NCBI GenBank assembly: GCA_007136425.1
Contig: SLGY01000011.1
Coordinates: 5,559 to 69,558, forward strand
Source of the DNA: Kiritimatiellia bacterium
GTDB taxonomy: Bacteria > Verrucomicrobiota > Kiritimatiellia > SLAD01
Reading direction: 5' to 3'
Length of the DNA stretch: 64,000 nt
The notes beneath the pieces are model-generated. The model saw only the letters and a list, made by a program, of their open reading frames with translations. It was not told where the DNA came from and made no database searches. The translations under genes and the position numbers were made by a program. Positions 10,100 through 19,954 of this stretch are shown here, in pieces. Within the stretch, counting starts at the first letter, position 1. Every line of letters begins with the position of its first letter.

Positions 10100-10806
10100 G
10101 TAACGAGATCAACATAACCATCAACGGCCGCGAATTGAAGGCGCGGGAACAGCAGACGATATTGGGCGTGGCGCGATCCAATGATATTTACATCCCGACC
10201 TTGTGTTTTCTTAAAGGCTTGTCCGGGGTCGGCGCGTGTCGGTTATGTCTTGTCGAAATCGAGGGTGTTCCGCGCCTGTTGCCGGCGTGTGTGACGAAGG
10301 TGACGGAAGGGATGGTGGTCACGACGGAGTCCCCGAAGCTGAAAGAGTATCGGCGCATGATTCTCGAACTCCTGTTGGCTGAGCGCAATCATGTGTGCGC
10401 GTTCTGTGTGGTGTCGGGGAATTGCGAGTTGCAGGATCTTGCGCAGCAGTTGGGTGTCACATATGTGCGTTATCCGTATCGTTTCCCGAAATACAAGGTG
10501 GACGCCACTCATGACCGGTTCTTGTACGATCCGAACCGATGCGTATTGTGTACGCGATGCATGCGCGCGTGCGAGGAAGTGGAAGGCGCGCGCACCTGGA
10601 ACGTCCGGGGACGCGGGATCCGTTCTTTCATGATCACCGACCTGAATCAGGATTGGGGCGATTCGCCGACATGTACCACGTGCGGGAAGTGCGTGGAGGC
10701 GTGTCCGACCGGCGCGCTTGCCGTCAAAGGCCGCGCCACCGGTGAGATGAAACGAAAAAAGAATGTGCTGTCACAGTTGTCGAGTATGCGAGACCGCGGG
10801 CGGTAG
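10096..10806 (+). CDS. hoxU: diaphorase subunit HoxU (NuoG N-terminal-like [2Fe-2S]/[4Fe-4S] protein)
   Basis: INGRE...CFLKGLSGVGACRLCLVEIEG (2Fe-2S ferredoxin fold), CTRCMRAC and CTTCGKCVEACP clusters; ATGA overlap with the hoxF stop. Confidence 0.85.
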   Translation: MSNEINITINGRELKAREQQTILGVARSNDIYIPTLCFLKGLSGVGACRLCLVEIEGVPRLLPACVTKVTEGMVVTTESPKLKEYRRMILELLLAERNHVCAFCVVSGNCELQDLAQQLGVTYVRYPYRFPKYKVDATHDRFLYDPNRCVLCTRCMRACEEVEGARTWNVRGRGIRSFMITDLNQDWGDSPTCTTCGKCVEACPTGALAVKGRATGEMKRKKNVLSQLSSMRDRGR

Positions 10807-11029
10807 CTGTTTCAAGCAGGTGCCGCAAGGTTCACTCGTGTGCGCTGCGCTTGTTCTATGATTATAGCGCTTTTGCCCATATCCAGACCACCCATTTCTT
10901 TGTAGCGCTCCTTTGCCGAGGGGAAGCCGCAAGACCTGTTCCTTCGGATTAAAGACGCGCGCCGTTCGGAGATAACCCGGTGACACATCGCTGGTCATGT
11001 CGGCCGGAAAAATATATTGCAATAAGTAG

Positions 11030-11041
11030 ACATATATGTCA
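11030..11041. promoter_or_regulatory. perfect 12-bp palindrome GACATATATGTC in an AT-rich promoter region immediately upstream of abiEi-1
   Basis: Read directly; the palindrome ends 11 bp before the first ATG at 11053; AbiEi antitoxins are known autorepressors that bind inverted repeats. Confidence 0.45.
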
Positions 11042-11052
11042 TTTTATAGCAA

Positions 11053-11690
11053 TGAAAATGGCAGATTTGCAACGCATACTGGGAGATCAGGCGGTTTTTC
11101 GCACAGGGGCTATCCTTGCGGGACAGCATTCTCCGGCCAGTGTGCGGCGTCAGTTGGCGCGATGGGTGAAGGCAGGCAAGGTGGTGGTACTGCGTAAAGG
11201 TCTTTACGTATTAGCGGAACCATACGCCAAACAGTCGCCGCATCCCTTTGTACTGGCCAATGAATTGCGACGGGCATCGTACGTGAGCCTGCAATCGGCC
11301 TTGGCTTGGTATGGATGCATCCCTGAATTCGCACCGGCTACCACCAGCGTGACCACCGAGCGCCCGGAACAGCTGGATACACCCAAAGGCCGTTTCATTT
11401 TCCGTCATGTCAAACGTGATTTGATGTGGGGCATGCTGCGCATCGAAGTCGCGTCCTCGCAGCTTGCACTTATTGCCACGCCGGAAAAGGCCCTGATCGA
11501 CCTGCTTTATCTGACACCGGATAGCGATCGGCCGGACTATCTGAACGAACTACGCGTCGAACCTGCCGGAAAACTGCAACTGGGAGTGGTGTCCGAGATG
11601 GCTGAGCGCAGCGGCTCGAACAAGGTCATGCGCGCCGTCAAATATCTAGAGGGGCTTTGGCGTGAATCCGAGTGGGAGGCCCTGCAATGA
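11053..11690 (+). CDS. type IV toxin-antitoxin system AbiEi-family antitoxin/transcriptional regulator (copy 1)
   Basis: About 210 aa with N-terminal winged-HTH-like region and COG5340-like layout; 4-bp ATGA overlap with a downstream DUF1814 nucleotidyltransferase gene. Confidence 0.6.
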
Positions 11691-12499
11691 AGGATCTGCT
11701 TCTGGCTGCGGTTCGGGATGAGCCGGACGCCTTGCGCAAACGCAACCGGGCACGCGAATTCCTGCAAGCCCGCATCCTGTTGTCGCTTCAGGATCGGGGC
11801 GCCTTTTCCAACTGGGCTTTTGTCGGCGGGACGGCGCTGCGTTTCCTCTACGATTTGCCGCGCTACTCCGAAGACTTGGATTTTTCTCTCCGCACCCCCG
11901 GTGACGAGGTCCGTTTCACACCCATCCTGCGAGCCGTGGTATCGGACCTCGACGCGGAAGCATATGAGGTAGAGGCGCGAATTAGGGAAAAGCGAACGGT
12001 CTCCACCGCCATGGTAAAGTTCCGCGGACTCCTCTACGAACTGGGCATTTCGCCTCATCGGGACGAGGCCTTTGCGGTAAGAGTAGAGATCGATGCCAAT
12101 CCACCCGCCGGCGCGGGCTTTTCGACGCGTCTCGTCAGAAAGCATTACCTGTTGAACCTTATGCAGTATGATCGCGCGTCACTCTTGGCAGGCAAGCTCC
12201 ATGCCGTCCTCGCCCGGGAATATACCAAAGGCCGCGATTTGTATGATCTCATGTGGTATCTATCCGCGCCTGCCTGGCCGGAACCCAACGTGGTACTGCT
12301 GAACAATGCCTTGCAGCAAACGGGTTGGGATGATGATGAGCTGACAGACGAAACTTGGCGACACGTGGTTTCTAATCACCTGCGTTCGGTTGACTGGAAG
12401 CGAGCGAAAGATGATCTTGCGCCTTTCCTCGAACGTAGCCGGGAATTGGCTTTCATCGAGTCGAAAACGTTTGAGAACCTGTTGTCGGAATCCCAATGA
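11687..12499 (+). CDS. nucleotidyltransferase AbiEii/AbiGii-family toxin (DUF1814) (copy 1)
   Basis: VGGTALRFLYDL...SEDLDFSL nucleotidyltransferase motif (GG[ST]...DhDh), typical AbiEii size of about 270 aa. Confidence 0.7.
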   Translation: MKDLLLAAVRDEPDALRKRNRAREFLQARILLSLQDRGAFSNWAFVGGTALRFLYDLPRYSEDLDFSLRTPGDEVRFTPILRAVVSDLDAEAYEVEARIREKRTVSTAMVKFRGLLYELGISPHRDEAFAVRVEIDANPPAGAGFSTRLVRKHYLLNLMQYDRASLLAGKLHAVLAREYTKGRDLYDLMWYLSAPAWPEPNVVLLNNALQQTGWDDDELTDETWRHVVSNHLRSVDWKRAKDDLAPFLERSRELAFIESKTFENLLSESQ

Positions 12500-12635
12500 A
12501 TTCGCGATAGGACAATGTATGACAGACGCTTTGAATGAGCTTATAGTGTTCGCCCCGATGCGATATTCCGCAAATAATCCGATGCCATCCTCGCCGTTGT
12601 GCGTGTAGGGTATCTATGTGTGAGGATCTATCACG

Positions 12636-13085
12636 ATGCACGAACTGGGCATAGCGCAGGAAACGTTGGACATCGCGCTGGCAGAGGCGCAACGTCAGGG
12701 CGCAGCGCGCGTGTTGTCCATGCGTTTGCGAATCGGTGACTTATCGGGGGTGGTGCCGGAGGCGCTGGAGTTCGCCCTGGAAACGATTATGGAAGGGACG
12801 CCGGCGGACGGGGCGCGTATCGTTATCGATCATATTGCGCCCCAATGCACATGTGCGACATGCGGTTTGCAATACGAGATTCACATGTCTTCGGACACGG
12901 CCTTGGAGGGGCACGCTTCCGCGTGCCCCGGGACGCGCGGAAGCGCGTCCCTCCAAGTAGGTGATACCACACTTATGAGTCCGATAACCGTGAGTTGTTC
13001 CTACGCATGTCCAAGATGTGGAGCGGTCAACACCGACCTGCTTTGCGGTAAAGAAATGGATTTGATGTCCTTGGAGGTGGCCTGA
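12636..13085 (+). CDS. hypA: hydrogenase nickel-incorporation protein HypA (with an insertion between the CxxC pairs)
   Basis: MHELGIAQETLDIAL N-terminus, CTCATCG...CPRCG zinc motif. Confidence 0.8.
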   Translation: MHELGIAQETLDIALAEAQRQGAARVLSMRLRIGDLSGVVPEALEFALETIMEGTPADGARIVIDHIAPQCTCATCGLQYEIHMSSDTALEGHASACPGTRGSASLQVGDTTLMSPITVSCSYACPRCGAVNTDLLCGKEMDLMSLEVA

Positions 13086-13852
13086 TGTGTGACCATTGCG
13101 GATGTACCATAGTAGATGATCATCATCATGAGCACAGCCATGATCACGATCATGAACACAACCATGATCACGCGCATGAGCGTGGCCGCGAAATTGAGGT
13201 GCAACGATCCATTCTGTCCCGTAACGAGAGGCTCGCTGAGCGCAATCGCGGGATGTTCCTGGCCCACAAGCTGACCGTATTGAACCTGATGTCCTCGCCC
13301 GGTTCAGGGAAGACGGCATTGATCGAGCGCACGGTGCAGGATGCGCGGGCCGGGTTTCGCACGGGCGTGATTGTCGGGGATCTGGCGACGGAGAACGATG
13401 CGCAACGCATTCAGGGACAAGGCGTGCCCGCCGTTCAGATTACCACGGGCACGGCGTGCCATCTCGACGCGCATATGGTGCATCACGCGTTGGAAAAGAT
13501 CGACATGGAAAGCCTGGATCTGTTGTTCATTGAGAATGTGGGCAATCTCGTCTGTCCGGCTTCGTTCGATCTGGGGGAGGAGGCGCGCGTCGTTATCATG
13601 GCGGTTACGGAAGGAGAAGATAAACCGCTGAAATATCCGGTTATTTTCAATACGGCATCGGTGGTCGTGGTAAACAAGATGGATTTGTCGGAGGCTGTGG
13701 GGTTTCAGCGGGATGCGGCCCGCGCGAATATTGCGAAAGTGGCGCCTCGCGCGGAGATCATTGAGCTTTCCGCGCGAACGGGCGAGGGGATGGACGCATG
13801 GTTCAACTGGTTGCGGCGGCGCATTGCCGGTAAAGTACCCGCGTTGTCATGA
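13085..13852 (+). CDS. hypB: hydrogenase nickel-incorporation GTPase HypB with His-rich N-terminus
   Basis: His-rich stretch HHHEHSHDHDHEHNHDHAHE, P-loop SSPGSGKT, CH...C metal site; ATGA-type overlap with hypA. Confidence 0.9.
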   Translation: MCDHCGCTIVDDHHHEHSHDHDHEHNHDHAHERGREIEVQRSILSRNERLAERNRGMFLAHKLTVLNLMSSPGSGKTALIERTVQDARAGFRTGVIVGDLATENDAQRIQGQGVPAVQITTGTACHLDAHMVHHALEKIDMESLDLLFIENVGNLVCPASFDLGEEARVVIMAVTEGEDKPLKYPVIFNTASVVVVNKMDLSEAVGFQRDAARANIAKVAPRAEIIELSARTGEGMDAWFNWLRRRIAGKVPALS

Positions 13853-16146
13853 GTCCTGCGCTCAATATCCTGCGCCGGGATATCCATATCAGCGGGGCGG
13901 TGCAGGGGGTGGGATTTCGGCCTTTCGTTTATCGGACCGCGTCCGCGTTCGGTGTAAAAGGTTGGGTGCGCAACGATTCACAGGGGGTGACCATTCGAGC
14001 GCTGGGTTCCGAGGATCTGCTTGAACGTTTTCAGCGCGCGTTGCGTGATCGCGCACCCGAGCCGGCGCGTATCCGTGAAATACGCGTTCTCGCGGAGCGA
14101 TCGGTTGAAGACGAAGACCTGTCGGATGACTTTCGCATCCTGGACAGCGAGATGACCGAGGATGTCACGGCATCGATTTCACCCGATCTCGCCATTTGTG
14201 CGGAATGCCTGCGCGAACTGATGGATGAGAAAGATCGGCGTTATCGGTATCCCTTCATCAATTGCACCGCCTGCGGCCCGCGCTATTCGATTTTGGAAAG
14301 TATTCCCTATGATCGTGCGCATACGACCATGCGCGATTTCCAAATGTGTGAGCAGTGTGCGCGGGAATACGAGGACCCGGCTGATCGTCGTTATCACGCG
14401 CAACCCAACGCGTGTCCGGCCTGCGGCCCGCATGTCGCGCTTTGGAGCCCGTCGGGACGGGAGATGGCGGCGCAACACGACGCGTTGATTCTGGCTGCGG
14501 ACGGAATCCGCGAAGGCCGGATCGTGGCGGTCAAGGGATTGGGCGGCTTTCACTTGATGGCGGACGCGCGGAACGAGGATGCGCTTAAGGAATTAAGACG
14601 TCGCAAGGGCCGGGAAGAAAAGCCGTTGGCGTTGATGTTTCCCTGGATGGCGCTGATACGCGAGGCCTGCGACGTGAACGAACTGGAGGCGCGCACTTTG
14701 GCCGGACCGGAAGCGCCGATCGTGCTGTTACGCAAGCGGCAGAACAGCACGTGCGGATTGGCGGGCGTCGTGGCACCGGGCAATCCGTTCCTCGGTGTGA
14801 TGCTGCCCTATACCGCATTGCATTATTTGTTGATGCACGAACTCGGTATTCCCGTCGTCGCCACCAGCGGAAATCGTACGGATGAACCTCTGTGTATCGA
14901 TGAGCGAGAGGCATTACAGCGATTGGAGGGAATCGCGGACCTGTTTCTGGTGCATGACCGCCCCATTGCCCGACCGGTTGACGATTCGGTGGTGCGTGTG
15001 GCGGCGGGCCGGTTGACGATTCTGCGTCGGGCTCGCGGCTATGCGCCGAGACCGGTGCTGCTGGATCAGGCGGTGCCCGAACCGATGCTGGCGGTTGGCG
15101 CGCATCAGAAGAATGCTGTGGCGTTGGCGTTGGGTACTGAGGCCTTCATCAGTCAACATGTGGGCGATCTGGACACGGCCCCGGCCTTTCGTGCGTTCGA
15201 GGAAACCGTGCGCGCGCTTTCCGTGTTGTATTGTGCGGAGCCGAGAATCATCGCCTGTGACCAGCATCCCGACTACGCGTCTACACGATTTGCCCGGGAA
15301 ACCGACGCGCCGGTACGCGTTATCCCCATTCAGCATCATCATGCGCATATCGTGTCCTGTATGGTGGATAATCGGTTAGACGGCCGGGTGCTGGGTGTTG
15401 CGTGGGACGGCACGGGCTATGGGTCGGACGGGACCGTTTGGGGTGGGGAATTTCTTTTGGCCGACCGGAGACGCTACGAGCGAATCGGACATCTGCGGAC
15501 TTTCCCTTTACCGGGGGGCGACGCGGCGGCGCGCGAACCGCGTCGTGCCGCGTTGGGACTCCTGTACGAGTTGGGCGGACCGGAAATGCTGTTACGCGAA
15601 GACATCGCGCCGCTGCGCGATCTGAAACCCGAACAGAGTCGAATATTGAGGCAGATGCTGCAGAAAGAGATGCAAACGCCGCACACGTCCAGTGTCGGCC
15701 GGCTCTTCGATGCGGTGGCGGCTTTATTGGATGTGCGTCAGGACTGCACGTATGAAGGGCAGGCGGCGATGGAATTGGAGCACGCGGCATGGCGCGCGCC
15801 GGCCGATACCCCGCCGTATGCCATCCCGTTTTCCGACGGCCAAGCGGATTGGGCGCCGATGATCGGGCGCATACTTGAAGACCTTAAACTGAACCGCGAC
15901 AAAGACGTCATCGCGCGGTCTTTTCATGAAGGTTTGGCACGGCTGATTGTGGATATGGCCCGACTGGCGGATGAGCCGCGCGTGGTTCTGTCAGGAGGAT
16001 GCTTCCAGAACGCGCTGTTACTGGAGCGCGCTGTCGCACTATTGACCCAGGCGGGTTATACGCCATACTGGCACCATCAAGTGCCTCCCAACGACGGCGG
16101 CATTGCGCTTGGCCAACTGGCCATCGCCCTGAACACTGAACACTGA
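13849..16146 (+). CDS. hypF: carbamoyltransferase HypF
   Basis: 765 aa with acylphosphatase-like N-term (VQGVGFRPFV), two CxxC zinc-finger pairs, YrdC-like and Kae1/HypF carbamoyltransferase domains. Confidence 0.92.
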   Translation: MSPALNILRRDIHISGAVQGVGFRPFVYRTASAFGVKGWVRNDSQGVTIRALGSEDLLERFQRALRDRAPEPARIREIRVLAERSVEDEDLSDDFRILDSEMTEDVTASISPDLAICAECLRELMDEKDRRYRYPFINCTACGPRYSILESIPYDRAHTTMRDFQMCEQCAREYEDPADRRYHAQPNACPACGPHVALWSPSGREMAAQHDALILAADGIREGRIVAVKGLGGFHLMADARNEDALKELRRRKGREEKPLALMFPWMALIREACDVNELEARTLAGPEAPIVLLRKRQNSTCGLAGVVAPGNPFLGVMLPYTALHYLLMHELGIPVVATSGNRTDEPLCIDEREALQRLEGIADLFLVHDRPIARPVDDSVVRVAAGRLTILRRARGYAPRPVLLDQAVPEPMLAVGAHQKNAVALALGTEAFISQHVGDLDTAPAFRAFEETVRALSVLYCAEPRIIACDQHPDYASTRFARETDAPVRVIPIQHHHAHIVSCMVDNRLDGRVLGVAWDGTGYGSDGTVWGGEFLLADRRRYERIGHLRTFPLPGGDAAAREPRRAALGLLYELGGPEMLLREDIAPLRDLKPEQSRILRQMLQKEMQTPHTSSVGRLFDAVAALLDVRQDCTYEGQAAMELEHAAWRAPADTPPYAIPFSDGQADWAPMIGRILEDLKLNRDKDVIARSFHEGLARLIVDMARLADEPRVVLSGGCFQNALLLERAVALLTQAGYTPYWHHQVPPNDGGIALGQLAIALNTEH

Positions 16147-16160
16147 AAACTGAACACTGC
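16128..16160. repeat. heptanucleotide tandem repeat (CTGAACA)x4, with one CTGAAAA variant
   Basis: cctgaacactgaacactgaaaactgaacactg; the repeat encodes the last residues (LNTEH) of hypF and runs into the hypC upstream region. Confidence 0.8.
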
Positions 16161-16162
16161 CC

Positions 16163-16414
16163 ATGTGCCTCGCCATTCCAGGTAAAGTGATATCGATTGA
16201 GGAAGGGGAATCGGAATTGCTCCGAACGGGGCGGGTTCGGTTTGGTGGCATCGTGAAGGAGGTCAATCTGGCGTATGTCCCTGACGCCGCCGTGGACGAT
16301 TATGTGATTGTCCATGTCGGATTCGCCATCAGCAAGGTTGATCCGGATGAAGCCGCGCGGGTATTCGAGTATCTAAAGGAGATGGGTGAGTTGGAGGAGT
16401 TGGGGGAGGAGTAG
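16163..16414 (+). CDS. hypC: hydrogenase assembly chaperone HypC
   Basis: MCLAIPGKVISIE N-terminus (MC(L/V)(A/G)(I/V)P signature). Confidence 0.9.
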   Translation: MCLAIPGKVISIEEGESELLRTGRVRFGGIVKEVNLAYVPDAAVDDYVIVHVGFAISKVDPDEAARVFEYLKEMGELEELGEE

Positions 16415-16474
16415 GAAGTAAGAAGTAGGAAGTAGGAAGTAGGAAGTAAGAAGTGAGAAGTGAGAAGTGAAATG
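16411..16474. repeat. heptanucleotide tandem repeat (GGAAGTA / GAGAAGT)x about 8
   Basis: gtaggaagtaagaagtaggaagtaggaagtaggaagtaagaagtgagaagtgagaagtgaaatg, starting inside the hypC stop region. Confidence 0.8.
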
Positions 16475-16480
16475 TGGGAA

Positions 16481-16684
16481 GGGTTCAGGGTTCGGGGTTC
16501 AGTATTGAGAAGTGGATGGGTCATTTCGAGCGAAGTCCCGAGCGTTGCGAGGGACGAAGTCGAGAAATCTCCAGGCTGGACGTACAGTCACGGGATTCCT
16601 CGATCCTCCTTCGGAGGACTCGGAATGACCGACTCGGATCGTGCTCATCACCCTGAACCCCGAACCCTGACCCCTGAACACTCA
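16481..16684. repeat. structured intergenic element between hypC and hypD, bounded by an 18-bp perfect inverted repeat made of heptads
   Basis: Arms tcagggttcggggttcag (16485-16502) and ctgaaccccgaaccctga (16653-16670); internal stems GGTCATTTCGAG/CTCGGAATGACC, GTCCC...GGGAC and CCTCC-TTCG-GAGG. Confidence 0.6.
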
Positions 16685-16689
16685 TCACC

Positions 16690-17778
16690 ATGAAATACCT
16701 CGATGAATATAGAGACGCTGAAGGCGCGCGCAAGTACGCGGCGGCTCTTGCCCGGATCACGACCCGGCCGTGGACGATCATGGAAGTTTGCGGCGGACAG
16801 ACGCATGCCATCATCAAGTACGGCATCGACACGTTGTTGCCGGACGGCGTCACGCTGGCGCATGGACCCGGTTGTCCGGTGTGCGTGACGCCGGTTGAAT
16901 TGATCAACAAGGCCATTGAGATCGCGGCGCGACCGAACGTGATTTTTTGTTCGTTCGGCGACATGCTGCGTGTGCCGGGCACGGAAAGGGATCTTTTTTC
17001 GGTCAAGGCGGCCGGCGGTGACGTGCGGATTGTCTACTCGCCCATGGACGCCGTGGAACTGGCGCGGAAGAATCCGGACCGCGAAGTCGTATTTTTCGCC
17101 GTCGGTTTTGAAACCACCGCCCCGGCAAACGCAATGGCCGTGTATCGCGCGGCCAAAGATGATCTCTCGAATTTTTCGATGCTTGTGTCGCATGTGCTGG
17201 TGCCGCCGGCGATGGAGTCGGTTCTTTCCGCGCCGCAGAACAAGGTCCAGGGCTTCCTCGCCGCGGGCCACGTCTGCACCGTGATGGGCTATGAAGAGTA
17301 TCCGGCATTGGCTCGCAAATATCAGGTTCCGATTGTCGTGACCGGTTTCGAGCCGTTGGATATTTTGCAAGGGGTCTATATGGTGGTCAAACAGCTGGAA
17401 GAAGGCCGAGCGGAAGTGGAGAATCAGTATGCGCGCTCCGTGCGCAAGGAGGGCAATCGGCCCGCCATTGACATGATCCGGAAGGTGTTCACCGTAATCC
17501 CGAGAAAATGGCGCGGGGTGGGCGAAATCCCGCAAAGCGGTTTGGGGTTGCGCGACGAGTTCAAGGTGTTCGACGCCGAAACGCGATTCGGCGTGGCGGA
17601 TCAGACGGCGGAGGAAGCAAGCGAATGTATCAGCGGATTGATCCTGCAGGGCGTGAAGAAGCCGTCGGATTGCCCGGCGTTCGGCGTACGCTGCACTCCG
17701 GAAAAGCCGTTGGGCGCAACGATGGTTTCATCGGAAGGCGCCTGTGCGGCGTATTATCGGTATCGGGCCGACTCGTAA
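16690..17778 (+). CDS. hypD: hydrogenase maturation factor HypD
   Basis: [13 protein letters not shown]...HA, FETTAP and CPAFGVRC motifs of HypD. Confidence 0.92.
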   Translation: MKYLDEYRDAEGARKYAAALARITTRPWTIMEVCGGQTHAIIKYGIDTLLPDGVTLAHGPGCPVCVTPVELINKAIEIAARPNVIFCSFGDMLRVPGTERDLFSVKAAGGDVRIVYSPMDAVELARKNPDREVVFFAVGFETTAPANAMAVYRAAKDDLSNFSMLVSHVLVPPAMESVLSAPQNKVQGFLAAGHVCTVMGYEEYPALARKYQVPIVVTGFEPLDILQGVYMVVKQLEEGRAEVENQYARSVRKEGNRPAIDMIRKVFTVIPRKWRGVGEIPQSGLGLRDEFKVFDAETRFGVADQTAEEASECISGLILQGVKKPSDCPAFGVRCTPEKPLGATMVSSEGACAAYYRYRADS

Positions 17779-17825
17779 TGAGAAGAGTGTGAACAGAAGC
17801 ACGCAAAGACTATGAAGAGGTGATT

Positions 17826-17899
17826 GGTTGCAGGTTTTGGGTGATAGGTTGGATGGCAATAACCCAAAACCAAAAACCCAGAACCTACAACCCAAGACC
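17826..17899. repeat. imperfect palindrome built from heptads (GGTTNNN)x4 ... (ACCCAAA)x5
   Basis: Stem GGTTTTGGGT (17834-17843) / ACCCAAAACC (17861-17870) followed by acccaaaaccaaaaacccagaacctacaacccaag; lies between hypD and hypE. Confidence 0.6.
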
Positions 17900-17904
17900 A
17901 TGTA

Positions 17905-18942
17905 GTGAACACCGCTTGCCCCATTCCCATTGCCGACTATCCGACCGTGACGCTTGCGCACGGAGGCGGCGGCGCGTTGATGCATCAGCTCATCGAACGG
18001 ATGTTTCGCGGCGCGTTCTCGAATGCGTTGCTGGATGCGGGGCATGATGGCGCGGTCTTCGCTGTGGACGGCGAGCGGATGGCGTTGACCACGGATTCGT
18101 ATGTGGTGCGTCCCTTATTCTTTCCCGGCGGCGATATCGGCACATTAGCGGTCAATGGGACGGTGAATGACCTGGCGATGTGCGGCGCGCAACCGCTTTA
18201 TTTGACGTTAGGCATGATCCTGGAAGAGGGGTTACCGATGGAGACCTTGTGGCGCGCGGTGCAATCCATTCAGCGCGCCGCCGGTGAAGCCGACGTGCGG
18301 ATTGTGACCGGCGATACGAAGGTGGTTGACCGCGGAAAAGGAGACGGGATCTACCTGAACACGGCTGGTACGGGTGTGCTACGGACGAAAACCGATATTG
18401 CGCCGAAGCGGATTCGGGAGGGCGACGCGATTCTTTTGAGCGGTGATATTGGCCGACACGGTATGGCCATCATGGCTGTGCGCGAGGGGTTGGAGTTCGA
18501 GAGCGAGATCCAAAGCGATTGCGCGCCGGTGGTCGAACCGGTAATGGCCTTGTTGAATGCGGGCGTAGAGGTGCACAGCTTGCGCGACCTGACGCGCGGC
18601 GGTTTGGCCGGCGGGCTGATCGAACACGCGCGGACCGCGGGGATGACGGTGCGGATCTCGGAAGCCCGGATTCCGGTGCGGGAAGAGGTGCAGGGCGCCT
18701 GCGAATTGCTCGGTCTGGACCCCTTGTACGTGGCCAATGAGGGGCGTTTCATCGTGTTTGTGCCGCAGGATCAGGCTGAGCGGGCGTTGACCGTCATGCG
18801 CGCATGTGCGGTATCCTCCGAAGCGACGCAGATCGGCTCGGTAACCGGGCGAGACCGCGCGGTGGTGCATATGGAGAGCCGGATCGGTTCGCTGCGCATT
18901 GTGGACCTGCTGAGCGGCGAACAATTGCCGCGCATATGCTGA
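17905..18942 (+). CDS. hypE: hydrogenase maturation carbamoyl dehydratase HypE
   Basis: ITLAHGGGG-type N-terminal motif ([13 protein letters not shown]), AIR-synthase-like fold; GTG start. Confidence 0.9.
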   Translation: MNTACPIPIADYPTVTLAHGGGGALMHQLIERMFRGAFSNALLDAGHDGAVFAVDGERMALTTDSYVVRPLFFPGGDIGTLAVNGTVNDLAMCGAQPLYLTLGMILEEGLPMETLWRAVQSIQRAAGEADVRIVTGDTKVVDRGKGDGIYLNTAGTGVLRTKTDIAPKRIREGDAILLSGDIGRHGMAIMAVREGLEFESEIQSDCAPVVEPVMALLNAGVEVHSLRDLTRGGLAGGLIEHARTAGMTVRISEARIPVREEVQGACELLGLDPLYVANEGRFIVFVPQDQAERALTVMRACAVSSEATQIGSVTGRDRAVVHMESRIGSLRIVDLLSGEQLPRIC

Positions 18943-18971
18943 CGCCAAAGTTCATCCATACGGCGACAGGA

Positions 18972-19832
18972 TCAATCATAAAACAACGTCGCCCAGCGGC
19001 GTTCGGCAATGAGCCGCTTCTTCAGCGTCTGCCATTCCTCTTCGGAGCCCGCCAAAGCGACCATCAATCGGTCGAGCGTCTTTTCGAGCGAGGACAGGCC
19101 GGACACATAGATATAGGTCTTCGGATCCTGCACGAGACTCCACACTTCGAGGGCGTTGTCCATCAGCTTCTTTTCCAGGCCCGGTGGCTCGTCGAAGTGC
19201 GGGCGATCGCTCAGGGCCTCGAATGCCTTAAACGTTTCCTTGTCATAATATAGGCTGAGATCGTTCTTTTCGTCGTTCATGTAAAGCAGTTCCATGCCGG
19301 TACGTGCGCCGTAGAACAGGCGGACTTTGCCTTTCCATTCTTTCCGCTCTTCGTAGATGTGTTTCATGAAGGCGCGGAAAGGGGCAATGCCGGTCCCAAT
19401 ACCGATCATCAACAGGTTGCAGGTGTTGTCTTTGGGCGCTTGGAACTGCCGGCCGTACGGGCCCGTGATCTTGATGACGTCTCCGGGTTTCCGGTCGCAC
19501 AGGTAGTTGGAGGCCACGCCGGGATGCCGTTCGCCGCTGACCTCGTCGATGTAGAAACAGCGTCGCACGCAGATGGCGATTTCCGCCAAATCGCCGTCCT
19601 CGCCCGTGCGTGAGTTGGCAATAGAGTAGAGGCGCAGGTGATGTTCATTGCCGAAGTCTTCGCCCGGCGGGGCGAGGACGCCGATGCTTTGCCCTTCCAC
19701 ATAATTGAAAGTCGCATCCTGAATGCTCAATACGAGATGGCGCACTTCGTCCGCATTCGCGGGCGTGATCCGTTCGTTGCTTTCCACGGTGGCTTCGTAG
19801 GGATTGCTGATATCGTATTCGGTGACTTTCAT
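18972..19832 (-). CDS. plant-type ferredoxin-NADP+ reductase (paralog 1)
   Basis: RLYSIANS (FAD site), GPYGRQF, LLMIGIGTGIAPFRAF (NADP site), ...LFYD C-terminus; FNR/FPR family. Confidence 0.85.
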   Translation of the reverse strand: MKVTEYDISNPYEATVESNERITPANADEVRHLVLSIQDATFNYVEGQSIGVLAPPGEDFGNEHHLRLYSIANSRTGEDGDLAEIAICVRRCFYIDEVSGERHPGVASNYLCDRKPGDVIKITGPYGRQFQAPKDNTCNLLMIGIGTGIAPFRAFMKHIYEERKEWKGKVRLFYGARTGMELLYMNDEKNDLSLYYDKETFKAFEALSDRPHFDEPPGLEKKLMDNALEVWSLVQDPKTYIYVSGLSSLEKTLDRLMVALAGSEEEWQTLKKRLIAERRWATLFYD

Positions 19833-19850
19833 GGTCGTTCTCCTGTTCTT

Positions 19851-19878
19851 GGTCAGGTTTCAGGTATTAGGTTTTTTT
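19851..19878. repeat. heptad repeat GGTCAGG TTTCAGG TATTAGG followed by a T-run, upstream of fpr paralog 1
   Basis: Read directly; in the gene's orientation this reads CCTAATA CCTGAAA CCTGACC. Confidence 0.55.
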
Positions 19879-19954
19879 GCTTCACTTAGAAACTGCTATT
19901 TCCACCACCCGCTGCGCTGGAGGACACGGAGCAGGCGGAGGGGATATAATTCCA

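Noticed and set aside
10807-11052. Possible integrase or att remnants marking insertion of the AbiE-1 module
   Set aside because: No recombinase-like ORF and no direct repeats could be identified by eye. The AbiE genes have host-like GC, so recent horizontal acquisition cannot be asserted.
16411-16474. Possible CRISPR array (regular short repeats)
   Set aside because: Units are 7 nt with no spacers; this is a tandem heptanucleotide repeat, not a CRISPR repeat-spacer array. No cas genes are present.
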